This document shows, piece by piece, positions 25,803 to 37,824 of a stretch of DNA of 64,000 nt. A model generated the notes under the pieces. The model saw only the letters and a list, made by a program, of their open reading frames with translations, searched no databases and was not told the origin of the DNA. This DNA is from Octopus vulgaris (Eukaryota): assembly GCA_951406725.2 (NCBI GenBank), contig OX597815.1, forward strand, positions 144,522,001-144,586,000, in the 5' to 3' direction. Within the stretch, counting starts at the first letter, position 1; each line of letters begins with the position of its first letter. The translations under genes and the position numbers were made by a program.

Positions 25803-26387
25803 TCTGTGTGTATGTGTGTGAGTGTGTATGTTGTAAAGCAATGACAGTAAAGCATGAGTTAATGTATTGAAGGAAAAGAATAGAAGCTGTAAATAGTTTC
25901 TCAGTCATTCACAAAACTGTTGTGAAGAATATATTTCATATATGTGAGAAATACTCTCACACAGAACAACTATGTTTTCTGTAAAATCAGCAACTGTTTT
26001 GAGCTGAGATACTTTCTGACCCTGAACAGGAATGGTCACTTGGTTTACTAAATTTTACAGACAAGCTTTTGGTTAAACCTGTAGTTCTCATTTTGATATC
26101 CAGACCAGATCCAAAACCTGGACTTTTTTAGGGGGCTGCACTAAAAAAAGGGAAGCACAAATCAATTAATGAAAAATTTATAATATTTATAGAGGGAAGA
26201 AGGTCAGGGGATGCATGCAGCCCTGGGAGGCACAGTTAAGAACTGCTGGATTAAATCAAGACACTTATCTAAGGGTTTCAATAAGAGGATTGAACACATA
26301 ACCATGTACAGTTCTATATTTAAGAGATGACGAATTATGTACATTATTTACATTTGATGGATATTTGTCCTCATTTAGTTTGTTGTT

Positions 26388-26433
26388 AACACAACGTTTC
26401 GGCTGATATACCCTCCATCCTTCATCAGGTGTC
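26388..26433 (-). ncRNA. Minimal type-I hammerhead ribozyme motif (intact core)
   Basis: GACAC CUGAUGA A GGAUG-loop-CAGCC GAAAC GUU GUGUU. Confidence 0.72.
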
Positions 26434-26486
26434 TCAGGGAAATTTCGAACCTTAGGAATGGGAACCCCAATTCGAAATTTCCCCAA

Positions 26487-26532
26487 GACACATGATGAAG
26501 GCTGGAGAGTATATCAGCTGAAACGTTGTGTT
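26487..26532 (+). ncRNA. Hammerhead motif, inverted copy with C3>A mutation
   Basis: GACAC AUGAUGA A GGCUG-loop-CAGCU GAAAC GUU GUGUU. Confidence 0.6.
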
Positions 26533-26674
26533 AACAACGAACAAGATGAGGACAAATATCCATCAAATGTAAATAATGTAAATAATGTACATAACCATGT
26601 AGTTCTGAAGTCAACTTCTTAACAACACAGCCATACTGTTATGGGACACAACTTCCTATTTCTTCCGTCTAAAT

Positions 26675-26997
26675 CAGAGGTTCTCAAACTTTTTGGGCCA
26701 CCGCCCCATCTCATGACCGCCTCAGCGCCCCCACCCCTTTTTTATGTATAAATAAATACTTTATATTTTACTAATTTATATATACTATGAATCATTTGAT
26801 ATTTAATATAATATTACATAATTTGTATACAATACTATAATAATATAATAAATTCATAACGTCCCCTAATCCACTGCCTTCCTCACAAAACCTCCTTTTT
26901 CTCTACCCCCACCTCCCTCTTAGGCACCAGCGCCCACCTGGACCGTCTCAATGACCACCACACCACGTGGCAGTAGCACCCACTTTGAGAACCTATG
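26675..26997. mobile_element. hAT (Charlie-like) MITE
   Basis: TIRs cagaggttctcaaa / tttgagaacctatg; 8-bp TSD gtctaaat / gtctacat. Confidence 0.8.
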
Positions 26998-27329
26998 GTC
27001 TACATGTATGTGAGTGTGTGTTATAATGAGCGAAAGAAAGGTGAAGCTAGTATTCAATAACTGACATATATTTGTAGGACATTTGTTTAAACTGAAACTA
27101 TTGGTCATAAATCTGTTGTAACACATTTGCGATTCTTTTCATGACTCACCGAAAAGATCATTGACCGTAAATAGTGAACAACAATCGTATTAAACAATAT
27201 CTCTCTCTTTCCCTTTCTCTGGATCTCTCTCATGCACAAGCAGGCACACAAATATATAAGTCTGTGGATGTGGGGTGTGTAGATGTACTTCTACATACAC
27301 ACAAACACATGCACATATATATATGTTCT

Positions 27330-27925
27330 TTTTTATTCTTTTATTCCTTTGTTTCAGTGATTTGACTGCGGCCATGCTGGCGCACCGCCTTTAGTCAAGC
27401 AAATCAACCCCAGGTCTTATTCTTTGTAAGCCTAGTACTTATTCTATTGGTCTCTTTTGCCGAACCGCTAAGTTACGGGGACGTAAGCACACCAGCATCG
27501 GTTGTCAAGCAATGTTGGGGGGGACAAACACAAACACACAAACATTATAGAAGGGCAGAACACCATAGAAAAGGAATGAAATACCAAACCTCATGATATT
27601 GCTTCTAATAAATATTGATTTTTATGACTATACCAACCATGATAGATTGTTAGCCACTACACACATTTTTTCTCTCCTTGTTTTTTCTGTGTTCCTTTCT
27701 GTAGAAGAGCATAGGCTTGAAACGTAAAAGACTTTTTCTATTCCTGAGCGTTATACTAATAGACCTGTTTGTTTTGTACACCACCTGTCTTCCTCTTTTG
27801 TTTTTTTCGTAAACTCTCCTTATATATATATATAATGGACTTCTTCCAGTTTCCATCTACAAAATCCACTTACAAGGTTTTGATCAGCCCAAGGCTATAG
27901 TAGAAGACACTTGCTCAAGGTGCAA
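27330..27925 (-). mobile_element. Family-B SINE with a Penelope-like insert (~27545-27820) in its internal microsatellite
   Basis: SINE 3' half 27330-27540, 5' half 27835-27925. Confidence 0.8.
27695..27730 (+). ncRNA. Variant hammerhead motif (core CUGUAGA)
   Basis: CUUU CUGUAGA A GAGC AUAG GCUU GAAAC GUA AAAG. Confidence 0.6.
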
Positions 27926-27999
27926 GAACATTCTAATTATATATTAATAAAATTATAAATCTGAGCAGTTATAAATTATAAAATTATAATCTAAGCAGT

Positions 28000-28506
28000 T
28001 TGGCATTATATTATGCTTGAGAAGAAGACCCATCAAGCTGAGAAAAATTGCAGTCGTTACAGATACATATACATAAATACATACATATATATATAAATCG
28101 GCACCTGTGCTGGTGGAACATAAGAGTACCCCAGTGGCACCTGTGTTGGTGAAACGTAGAAGTGCTCCAGTGGCACGTAAATGGCACCCATGCCAGTGGA
28201 ATGTAGAAGCATCCCAGAGGCATGCAAATGATACCCATGCTGGAACTTAGAAACATCCCAGTGACACATGATGGCACCCATGCCAGTAGAACATAGAAGC
28301 CCCCCAGTGACATGCTAATAGCACCCATACCAGTGGAGCGTAGAAGCACTCTTGGAGTGGTTGTCGTTAGGAAGGGCATCCAACTGTAAAAACATTGCCA
28401 GATCAAATTGGAGCCTGGTGCAGCCTCCTGGCTTGCCAGTCCTCAGGGAAACCGTCCAACCCATGCCAGCATGGAAAACGGACGTTAAACAATGATGCTG
28501 ATGATG
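28000..28506 (+). mobile_element. Family-C element with a ~46-bp degenerate internal array
   Basis: ggcacccatgccagtggaa units 28100-28350, then family-C tail. Confidence 0.75.
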
Positions 28507-28999
28507 AATACTAGTTATTGCATTGATATTTGGTTCCCCATATTCTTCCACATTTAGTTGGGTAATAATCCACAACCCTTATAACTCCAAATCATTTTCG
28601 GTGTTTATTGGCCCCTTGAATAGCCACATAGACACCCACCAGGAGCCAATATGATCACTTTGCTGATCCTTGAAGTATACAGAACAAACTCATAGATTTC
28701 AGCCAACATTGGATGGAAAAATTAATTGAATTACACCAGAAATTCTCTCATCAAGTACAATTAGTTAAAAGTAATCAGTTGTTGATGAAGTCGCAATAAA
28801 GACTGAAAATAGACTAACTGGACACTCATTTCATGTCCAAGAGTTAGTTTGAAGGAAGACAGCTTATTTACTACTGTCTAATGTTATTAACAATGTCAAA
28901 TTTAATCACACTGTTGGCTGAATTCTATAAGTTTGTTACATCGTATAGTACAGCATGTATCAGCACCATTTAATGTCATACCTATATGTATCATATTTA

Positions 29000-29083
29000 T
29001 AATTTACATATATGTAAATGTAATTTATATAAGTATATAAATATATGTATTTATATAAGAGTATATACATAAATGCATATATT

Positions 29084-29117
<34 letters not shown>

Positions 29118-29334
29118 GCATATATATTTATATCTGTGTGTGTGTGTGTGCTTGTCCCCTCACCATTGCTTGACAACTGATGTTGGTATGTTTATGTCCC
29201 TGTAACTTAGCAGTTTGGCAAAAAGACAGATAGAAAAAGTAATAGGCTTACAAACAACAAATCCTGGGGTCAATTTGTTCGACTAAAGGCAGTGCTCCAG
29301 CATAGCCACAGTCAAATGACTGAAACAAGTAAAA

Positions 29335-29381
<47 letters not shown>

Positions 29382-29648
29382 TATGTATATATATATATAC
29401 ACACACACATATGTATGTATATATATATATTCACATATATGTATATATATATACACATATATGTATTTATATACACATATATGTATATATATATACACAT
29501 ATATGTATTTATATACACATATATGTATTTATATACACATATATGTATTTATATATACACACATATGTATATATATACACATATATATACTTATATATAC
29601 ACACATATGTACATATATACACATATATATATACACACACATTGTTTG

Positions 29649-29688
<40 letters not shown>

Positions 29689-29843
29689 TGTACATGTATA
29701 AATACATGAATATATATATATATATGTATAATTACATACCTATATATATACATATATAAATACCTACATATATATGAACATTTATATCTATACATATATA
29801 AATGCTTAAATATAACATATGCAACCTGCATATGTGTGTGTGC

Positions 29844-29872
<29 letters not shown>
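29000..29872. repeat. Complex (TA)-based satellite including ~20-bp atatacacatatatgtattt units; family-B 3' half at 29140-29337
   Basis: Directly visible. Confidence 0.9.
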
Positions 29873-29874
<2 letters not shown>

Positions 29875-30741
29875 AGCTATTCTTCTCCCAGTATGCACGG
29901 GGTAATGAACGTGAAGTTGTTCGACTATTAAAACTATGGAAGTTTACCTACTGAGTGTAAATAATTTAGATAAACACATTTACTATAATGATTTCCAGTG
30001 TAGGCATGAGGCCAACACAACCATATATATATATATTATAGGAGGAAGTTTTAGCTTTGTGCCAGTTTTGAGTGAAAACACACACATATTGATATACAGA
30101 GATTGATAGGTAGTCAGACAAAGTTGAATGTATGTGACCGATGGTATCATGAGGTCAGCTGGTTTTGAGGATCAGAAAATTATGTAGTCATCATCATTAT
30201 TTAAAGTTCATTATCTATCTTGGCATGAGTTGGACAGTTTGACAGAAGCTGGCAAGGCTGGAGAGCTGCACCAGGCTCCATTTGCCATTTTTGGTATATT
30301 TTCTATGACTGGATGCCCCTCCTAATGCCAAACACTTTACAATGAATACTAGGTGCTTTTTATGTGACCCCCAGCTTTTACATGGCACCCATATGGGTGC
30401 TTTACACATAACGCCAGCATAGGTACCTTTTACCTTGTCTCAGCACGGGTGCTTTCATGTGGCACCAGCACAGGTGTTTTTTTATGTGCCCCACCCAAAA
30501 AAAACAAGTATGTGTAGAAAAGAGAGAGAGGCGAGAGGAAGCAAGGAGAGAGCACATCCTTGAGTCAGAAGTGTATGTGAGCAACTTTAATGCCAAGCAA
30601 GTGGCTTCTTTCAGTTTCTGTCTACTGAATTCACTCTCAAGGCTATAGAAGAAGACACTTGCCCAAGGTGCCATGCAATGGGACTGAACCCAGAACCATG
30701 TGGTTAGGAAGCAAGTTACTTACCACACAGCCACTCCTGCA

Positions 30742-30780
<39 letters not shown>

Positions 30781-30783
<3 letters not shown>

Positions 30784-31026
30784 CTCCACTACCTTATCTC
30801 CCCTTCTTCCTAGTTCTCCTGTGTGACCCCTCTGCCTGGCATTTTCCATGATAGATAGCTAGCCACTAAACCTTTTTCTATTTTCTCTCCCTGTTTATTT
30901 CTATGTTCCTTTCTGTCGAAGAGCACAGGCTCAAAACGTAAAAGACTTTCTCACTTCTTGGGTGTTAAGCTAATACATCTGTTTGTTGTTTACACACCCA
31001 TCTTCGTCTTTTGTTTTTTTGTAAAT

Positions 31027-31040
<14 letters not shown>
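30781..31040 (+). mobile_element. Penelope-like non-autonomous element between (TA)n tracts, same family as 27545-27820
   Basis: Shared ccatga..tagat..tagccacta..ttttctctcc..tgttcctttctg segment; hammerhead-like CUUU CUGUCGA A GAGC ACAG GCUC AAAAC GUA AAAG at 30909-30944. Confidence 0.7.
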
Positions 31041-31109
<69 letters not shown>

Positions 31110-31545
31110 GGGCTTCTTTCAGTTTCGTCTACCAAATCTACTCTCAAGGCTTTAGTTGGCTCAAGGTTATAGTAGAAGACACTTGCCCAAGGTGCTACGC
31201 AGTGGGACTGAACCCAGAACCATGTAGTTGGTAAGCAAGCTACTTACCGCACAGCCACTCCTGTGCCTATAATTTATTCTCATAATTCTGCGAAAGTATT
31301 GGCCTGTAGCCTTTAGCCATTGGAATAAATAGAAATAAATTTTTATGACAGATCAATTTTTTGAGTTAGTAGAAAGATATGTATTCTATTTACACATCTT
31401 AGGAACATAAATTTTGACAAAGGTTTGGTGGAAGATTTTAATTCAAAACTTATGAAAACAAGACATTTGTACTACAGAGCCAGAGCCGGTTTCAGCCAGA
31501 TTGGTAACAAAAGGGTTAAGCAAATTTTGATATGTATTCTATTTA

Positions 31546-31784
31546 CAAAGGTGGCAAGCTGGCAGAAACATTAACACGCTGGGCAAAATGCTTAGCGGTA
31601 TTTCGTCTGCCGTTACGTTCTAAGTTCAAATTCCGCAGAGGTCGACTTTGCCTTTCATCCTTTCGGGGTCAATAAATTAAGTACCAGTTACGCACTGGGG
31701 TCGATGTAATCGACTTAATCCCTTTGTCTGTCTTTGTTTGTCTCCTCTATGTTTAGCCCATTGTGGGCAATAAAGAAATAAGAA
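31546..31784 (+). mobile_element. Family-A SINE with 18-bp TSD
   Basis: tgatatgtattctattta at 31528-31545 and 31785-31802. Confidence 0.9.
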
Positions 31785-32410
31785 TGATATGTATTCTATT
31801 TATCTTATCTCACTGACATAGGCATGAGAACTGGGGATGTTGGGCGTGCAAGCACACTCCTTAAAATTTGGGGGAATAGGGGGCAATGAAAATGCTTCAA
31901 ACATCCTCCTGAAAAACTTAGTTTGCATCCCTTAAGCAAATTTTGTTCCACATTTATGCTCACTGACTTCTGCAATAAAGTTAATGCTCCCTTCAGGGAG
32001 AGAATTCAAATCTGTTTCTGGAAAATGGAAGAAAAAAAATTAGTACATTTTGTGAGAAGCTGGTATATTGAATTATCAACAAGGAATTACCAGTCATTTC
32101 CTTCCCTTCAAGCTCTTTTAGAAGCCACAGAAATTGTAAAATTTTGTTATAACCTTAAGTATAAATTCTTGTGTGTGATTCTTGATAAAATTATAATTGG
32201 AAAGTTAATTGGTTTATGTGTGACAGAGAAGTTTATCAAGACAAGAAATTGACAGGAAAACTGATGTTGTTTTGAAAATGGTGAATCAGGCTTTTAATTC
32301 TGCAAGTCCTTGGAGTGAATATATATCTACTCAGCAGTATTCATATACCTTAACATTGACCAAATTGCTCAGCAGTATCAAAATTACTCAACAATATCCA
32401 CATTGCTCTT

Positions 32411-32487
32411 TAAAAAAATCATGGATCAGTACCTTAAAAAAATTGTGAACCAGTACCTTAAAGAAATTGTGGATCAGCACCTAAAAT
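32411..32487. repeat. 24-bp tandem repeat x3
   Basis: aaaaaaatcatggatcagtacctt / aaaaaaattgtgaaccagtacctt / aaagaaattgtggatcagcaccta. Confidence 0.75.
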
Positions 32488-34444
32488 TTCTCAACAGCAC
32501 CGATGTCACTCAGCTGAACCCAAATCGCTCATCTGGACTTACATTCAATTCATCTCAATGACATGTGGAAAAACTTTCAACAACTATCAGGTTGGCATCT
32601 AAAGTCTCTCCAAAAGAAAGTAAAGAATCCATAAAAGTTACCATCATTGTGGTGGTAGAAAAAAGAAAAGATGTTGACAGCTCTACATTGATTGTCTCTG
32701 AACACAACAAAAATTTTTAAAAAACCACTCAAAGAAAAACTTTAATCATTTTAATAACAATGTCCAATCAAAGCTAAATCAGTGTTCAATAGATTTGAAT
32801 TAAACAATGTTGTGTGAAGGCTGGTAATCGATAAAATGGTTCTGACCAAAAACAACATCCCTTATCTAAGGATTACCATTAATCAGATGAAATGATGAGG
32901 AAAAAATCACATTAAGTACTAAGTTAACCGATATCTGAGAAAAGCTGATCACCTGATCAATATAAGTGATTAGTTGACACTGGATAAAGTCATTGATTCA
33001 GTATAGTTGATCACATAGAGGAACACAGCCATAATCAATAAACACAGGAAATGCAGAGTTTTATTTCAAAATACCTGCAGCTGAACAGAATTGTACTCTG
33101 ACGACCAATGTTCTGGTGATAGTTCTATCTGTAACATGTTACATAATACAACTTAGTCACCAGCTGCACAACATGGAGCAAAACCACTGTGCAATAACTG
33201 TGGTTGCAAACACATCATGTAGAACGTTTACTCAGCAGCAGCAAAACTTATATGAAGTTCCACAAACGTAATTCTTTCACTAGAATTTATCCAAGTGGAA
33301 CACCATGCTAAATTCATGCAGTCTTCAAACCAAATATGGAATCTGTGTCTCTTTTCCTGTGTTATGATAACAGTGAAGTTAGTGATGTTTTCATGGATCA
33401 TATTACTCGCCAAATATTCTACATTATTATAACCAAACGTTTAGAAATGTTTATCTTGGCCCAAACCAAACACCTGTAAAACATGAATTGAATATGAAGT
33501 TTCAGTCTGTTACCAATGTTTATTACCTGTAGATTGCATTATACAGGTGGTTCTCTGAATCTGAAGGTAAAACACCAAGTTATGAAAATCCTCTTCCTGG
33601 TACTAAGAAACTCCCAAAAGAGCTGAACAGCAGAAGGTTTTCAGAGAAGGAACTCCACTCTTTCTTTTATTACAGTCATGCTGGACCACTGCTTTTGAAG
33701 TTATTTGTTAGGAATATCCACTCCAGAACTTAATGTGACATTTATTTTTTGATCTCTGTTTATCGAATGACTAAGTCACTATTTATTTGCATCTTTTTTG
33801 TTGCTGTTTTTTTTTTTTTTACTTAAGGAGTAACAGGAATAAATGCCAATATACACCAGTATACAAACGTAGAAATGAATACGTATAATAGTGTATGTGT
33901 ATGTAGCACAATCACCCACCAAATTGGGTGTATTTTTAATACCTTATACATATGCCCACTCACACTCATGTACATATATGTACATGTATATAATCTACTA
34001 TTTATATAGAAAATCAGTTATACATTTCCCAGATGCCTTCGCTAAGCAGAATAATGTCTTTGTTGCTTGACCCTTCTAATCTCTTCTAGGCCACCACTGG
34101 CTGGAATGGAGATAACAGACCTCCAACGAAATCATTTGTTCTCAACAATATGTCTATCCTTCTGGCTGCTTTTCGATAGTTATAAAAACAAGAACTCCGT
34201 AAGCTAAAGGCAGTTACCTAGAGTGACCATCAGTGAGTATGAACGTTATTATTGCACTTTCTTCAAACACTTCATTCATATATTTATATAACTTCTCTCA
34301 CCAATCTCCGATAATCTTTCTCGCCAACCTCCAACAATCTCTCCTTCCTCCAGCTGACAGTTTTTTGTACATTTTCGTGACGGAAATTATAACGAAATTG
34401 CTTCCTTATATCAGAGTAATAAGGCGTTTCAAAAGAACATCTTT

Positions 34445-34536
34445 ACCCGCGGAATTACCGGGTACACCAGCTAGTATGTATGTATATATATATATATACA
34501 TACATACTAGCTGGTGTACCCGGTAATTCCGCGGGT
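34445..34536. repeat. Perfect 92-bp palindrome at a Helitron 3' end
   Basis: 34445-34490 is the exact reverse complement of 34491-34536; the ORF track shows the same peptide on both strands. Confidence 0.95.
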
Positions 34537-34950
34537 GCTACATAGATGAATTTTAGCTTGCGTGCGAGACGGTTTGCGTGAATATATGTACACATGCTTT
34601 TATGTGTATAATTTAGATTCATATTCATACGTCTGTATATGTATGTATGGCGTTTACGCGCATCCTTTTGTGTATGTTGATACATATATGTGGATTTTAA
34701 TATAAATATGTATTGCAGTATTTATAACAGGTTTAATTTCTATGCATTAATTTGTACTGTCTTCATTAACGGCAATAGGTTTTTTCCTCGGTTTTTTCCT
34801 CGGATTTTATAATTTTTATAAGTTTTTTATATATATATACATATATTTTTGACCTTTTTGTTTATCGCTCGAAGATTGACCGTTTTTTCTAAAGGGCCAA
34901 TCAAACAAGTCCATTTCTTTTTAAAGGTGTAGCGTTTGTAGGAGTATAGA
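34507..34950 (-). mobile_element. Non-autonomous Helitron
   Basis: Minus: A|TCTATACT start at 34950; hairpin cccgcggaattaccggg then CTAG|T at 34507-34510. Confidence 0.65.
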
Positions 34951-34983
34951 TTGAATTAATATATATGTTCCATTCTAGCAAAA

Positions 34984-35017
34984 ACTGTCTGATGAACGGC
35001 AACGAGAAACTCAGAGT
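34984..35017 (+). ncRNA. Minimal hammerhead-like motif in a Penelope-like 3' end
   Basis: ACUGU CUGAUGA ACG GCAA CGA GAAAC UC AGAGU; AATAAA at 35049 then (TA)n. Confidence 0.6.
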
Positions 35018-35901
35018 AACAGATTTTGTTGAATTTTCTGCTGCTTAAAATAAAGTATATATATATATATATATACACGTGTACGTGTGTGTGCGTATAA
35101 ATATGTACGTACATATAAGGGGGCTAAGTACATGTCATCTGTGATAGTCCATCTTCAAGGCTTTAGTCAATCGAAGACACCCCCCCCCCCAGTAAAAGAC
35201 ACTTGCACAAAGTTCCACGCAGTGGGATTGAACCCGAAACTACGTGGTTGCAAAGCGAACAAGTTAACCTCATAGTCGTAATTACACTCCATTTAATTCC
35301 ACGTTCCACCATTTCTATCATCCTTGACATTGAAATATTAACACACAAATATGCCGTGCCACATACAACGTGAAATTGTTTCTACTCTGCAGTCCTCTCT
35401 GTTAGTTTTTCATATAAATATTGATTTTTTTCAGACATTTTCCTACAAATTCGAACAGAGGAAATTGAGAGCGTGTGATATTTTATGCGTTTTCTCAAGG
35501 GCATCGGTGGTTTATGGGAAATCAATTGACTTCGATTTAAAATCAAACTAGATCGTCAACTCATTCATAGCGAAATTTTGGGTATTACCATTTTATGTAA
35601 TTTCTAAATACTGACGAAAACAAAATGATAATAAATAAATAAATAAATAAATAAACTTTGGTGTTAGAATCATATATAGATATAAAGTTTAATATATTGT
35701 GACAGAACCTGAGAAGATATCTTGAAATCTAGCTGTTGACGATATTTCAATACCTTTTATTAATAAAGTAGAGGTAAACATTTGGACTAAATTTGAAACG
35801 ATAGAATATTAGTTACTTCAAATATATAAAGGTTTTATGCTAATGACCTTAAAACATGAAAGAAGATTGTGATAAAATCGTGAGCAGAAATCAATATATC
35901 A

Positions 35902-35936
<35 letters not shown>

Positions 35937-36095
35937 TAGAAAATATATAGCTGTAAGAAATCGATATTTCCCTGAGGATGGGCAATAAGCAAATCCAAAA
36001 GTAATGGCTAAGTCGAGTTGTTAAATATGTTGAGATTTAAGTTGTCAAATTTGCTGAAGCGTGTCCGACAGAATATTAATATTGTACAACGTCAA

Positions 36096-36523
36096 GGCGG
36101 CGAGTTGGCAGAAACGTTAGCACGCTGGGCGAAATGCTTAGCGGTGTTTCGTCTGTTGCTACGTTCTGAGTTCAAATTCCGCCGAGGTCGACTTAGCCTT
36201 TCATCCTTTCGAAGTCAATTAAATAAGTACCAGTTACGCACTGGGGTTGATCTAATCGACTTAATCCCTTTGTCTGTCCTTGTTTGTCCCCTCTATGTTT
36301 AGCCCCTTGTGGGCAATAAAGAAATAAGAAACGTTAGCACGCCGAACAAAATGCTTAGCGGTATTTCGTCTGTCTTTACGTTCTCAGTACAAATTCCGCC
36401 GAGGTCGACTTTGCCTTTCATACTTTCGGGGTCGATAAATTAAGTACCAGTTGCGTACTGGGATTGATCTAAGCGACTCACCCGCTCCCCTAAATTTCGG
36501 GCCTTGTGCCTAGAGTAGAAGAG
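36096..36523 (+). mobile_element. Family-A SINE dimer with 18-bp TSD
   Basis: aatattgtacaacgtcaa at 36078-36095 and 36524-36541. Confidence 0.92.
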
Positions 36524-37591
36524 AATATTGTACAACGTCAATATGATTCGTGACAGTGCACTAAAAAAAGGTGGAGAAATAAATTCTGTAAATATTCTAA
36601 GACAAAATCACGATGGAAAACTAAAAAAGTATTAGGAGGAACAATATTTTTTGAAAGTAATAAAATAGTTTAATAGTTTATGGTATGTATGAAGAATGTA
36701 TAAGGCATACGAAATAAAAATTCGTTAAATACTATTATATAATAAAAAAGTTTCAAATACCTCGATGTGAAAATATATATATATGTCCGCAGTGGAATTA
36801 TAGAGAAAATGGAGAACTACAATGGCGCTGAAGAGCGCTAGTAAAAAGTTCCCTCGGTAAATAACTTCCAGGTCAAAAAAACGGACTTGATAAAATATTG
36901 AAAACATCTAATTAAAGTGAATTAAGAAAGTAATTTAAACAAGAACCGAATGTATTAAATACAATATCATGTCAACAGCAGTGTGACTATCATAATTACT
37001 TAAGGGTAGAATTTGTCGACAGAGATAGCTTAAGATATTTTTTTTTTAATGTTTAGGAATTATATTTAAACGATATAAGGATTAAATGCTTGTTGTCATT
37101 GTTTTGTTTAATCTAAGCAGTTGGATAATGTTGAGTTAACGAGCGAAAACCAGTAAAAGTTATTTATCCTAAGAACTTTTAAGCTATTTAAACCCTCGTA
37201 GTAGCTAGCAATAGGTTGGACATAGGGTCAACTTGCAGTTTGATATCATTATATAGTAAATTACGAAGTGACTGTAGTGAAATCCCATAATTTCATTATT
37301 ATTTCTATAGTATGAAAACGATGCATAGAAGGTGCTTATAGGCTTTCTACTGTCTCTGAACCTATTTCACAACATATGTTCATTGAGATAGTATGTAAAA
37401 TCAAATAACTCTCGCTCAACATTGTCATCTGCGCTTCTTGGCTGGCATCCATCGCCATTCAATTCTCTCGATGTTGGATCAACAAAATTTAAAGTATGGT
37501 TCAGAACTTCACAACTACATATGCGGCCTAAACTGACATAGGATATCAAACGCGTCCTGTGGCTTCTTTTCAATGGTATTGTTAGGTTTAC

Positions 37592-37824
37592 AAGGCGGCG
37601 AGCTGGCAGAAACGTTAGCACGCAGGGCGAAATGCGTAGCCGTATTTCGTCTGCCATTACGTTCTGGGTTCAAATTCCGCCGAGTTCGACTTTGCCTTTC
37701 ATCCTTTCGGGGTCGATAAATTAAGTACCAGTTACGCACTGGGATCGATGTAATCGACTTAATCCGTTTGTCTGTCCTTGTTTGTCCCCTCTGTGTGTAG
37801 CCCCTTGTGGGCAGTAAAGAAATA
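37592..37824 (+). mobile_element. Family-A SINE monomer with 17-bp TSD
   Basis: ggtattgttaggtttac at 37575-37591 and 37825-37841. Confidence 0.92.

Larger units (their letters stand above)
26309..26588. mobile_element. Non-autonomous Penelope-like foldback element with inverted arms, each carrying a hammerhead motif
   Basis: Arms ~26335-26449 and 26471-26594; 13-bp TSD acataaccatgta (26296-26308, 26589-26601); inserted in a SINE head. Confidence 0.8.

Noticed and set aside
35702-35736. CUGAGA...GAAA hammerhead candidate
   Set aside because: The core lacks a nucleotide and the stems are ambiguous.
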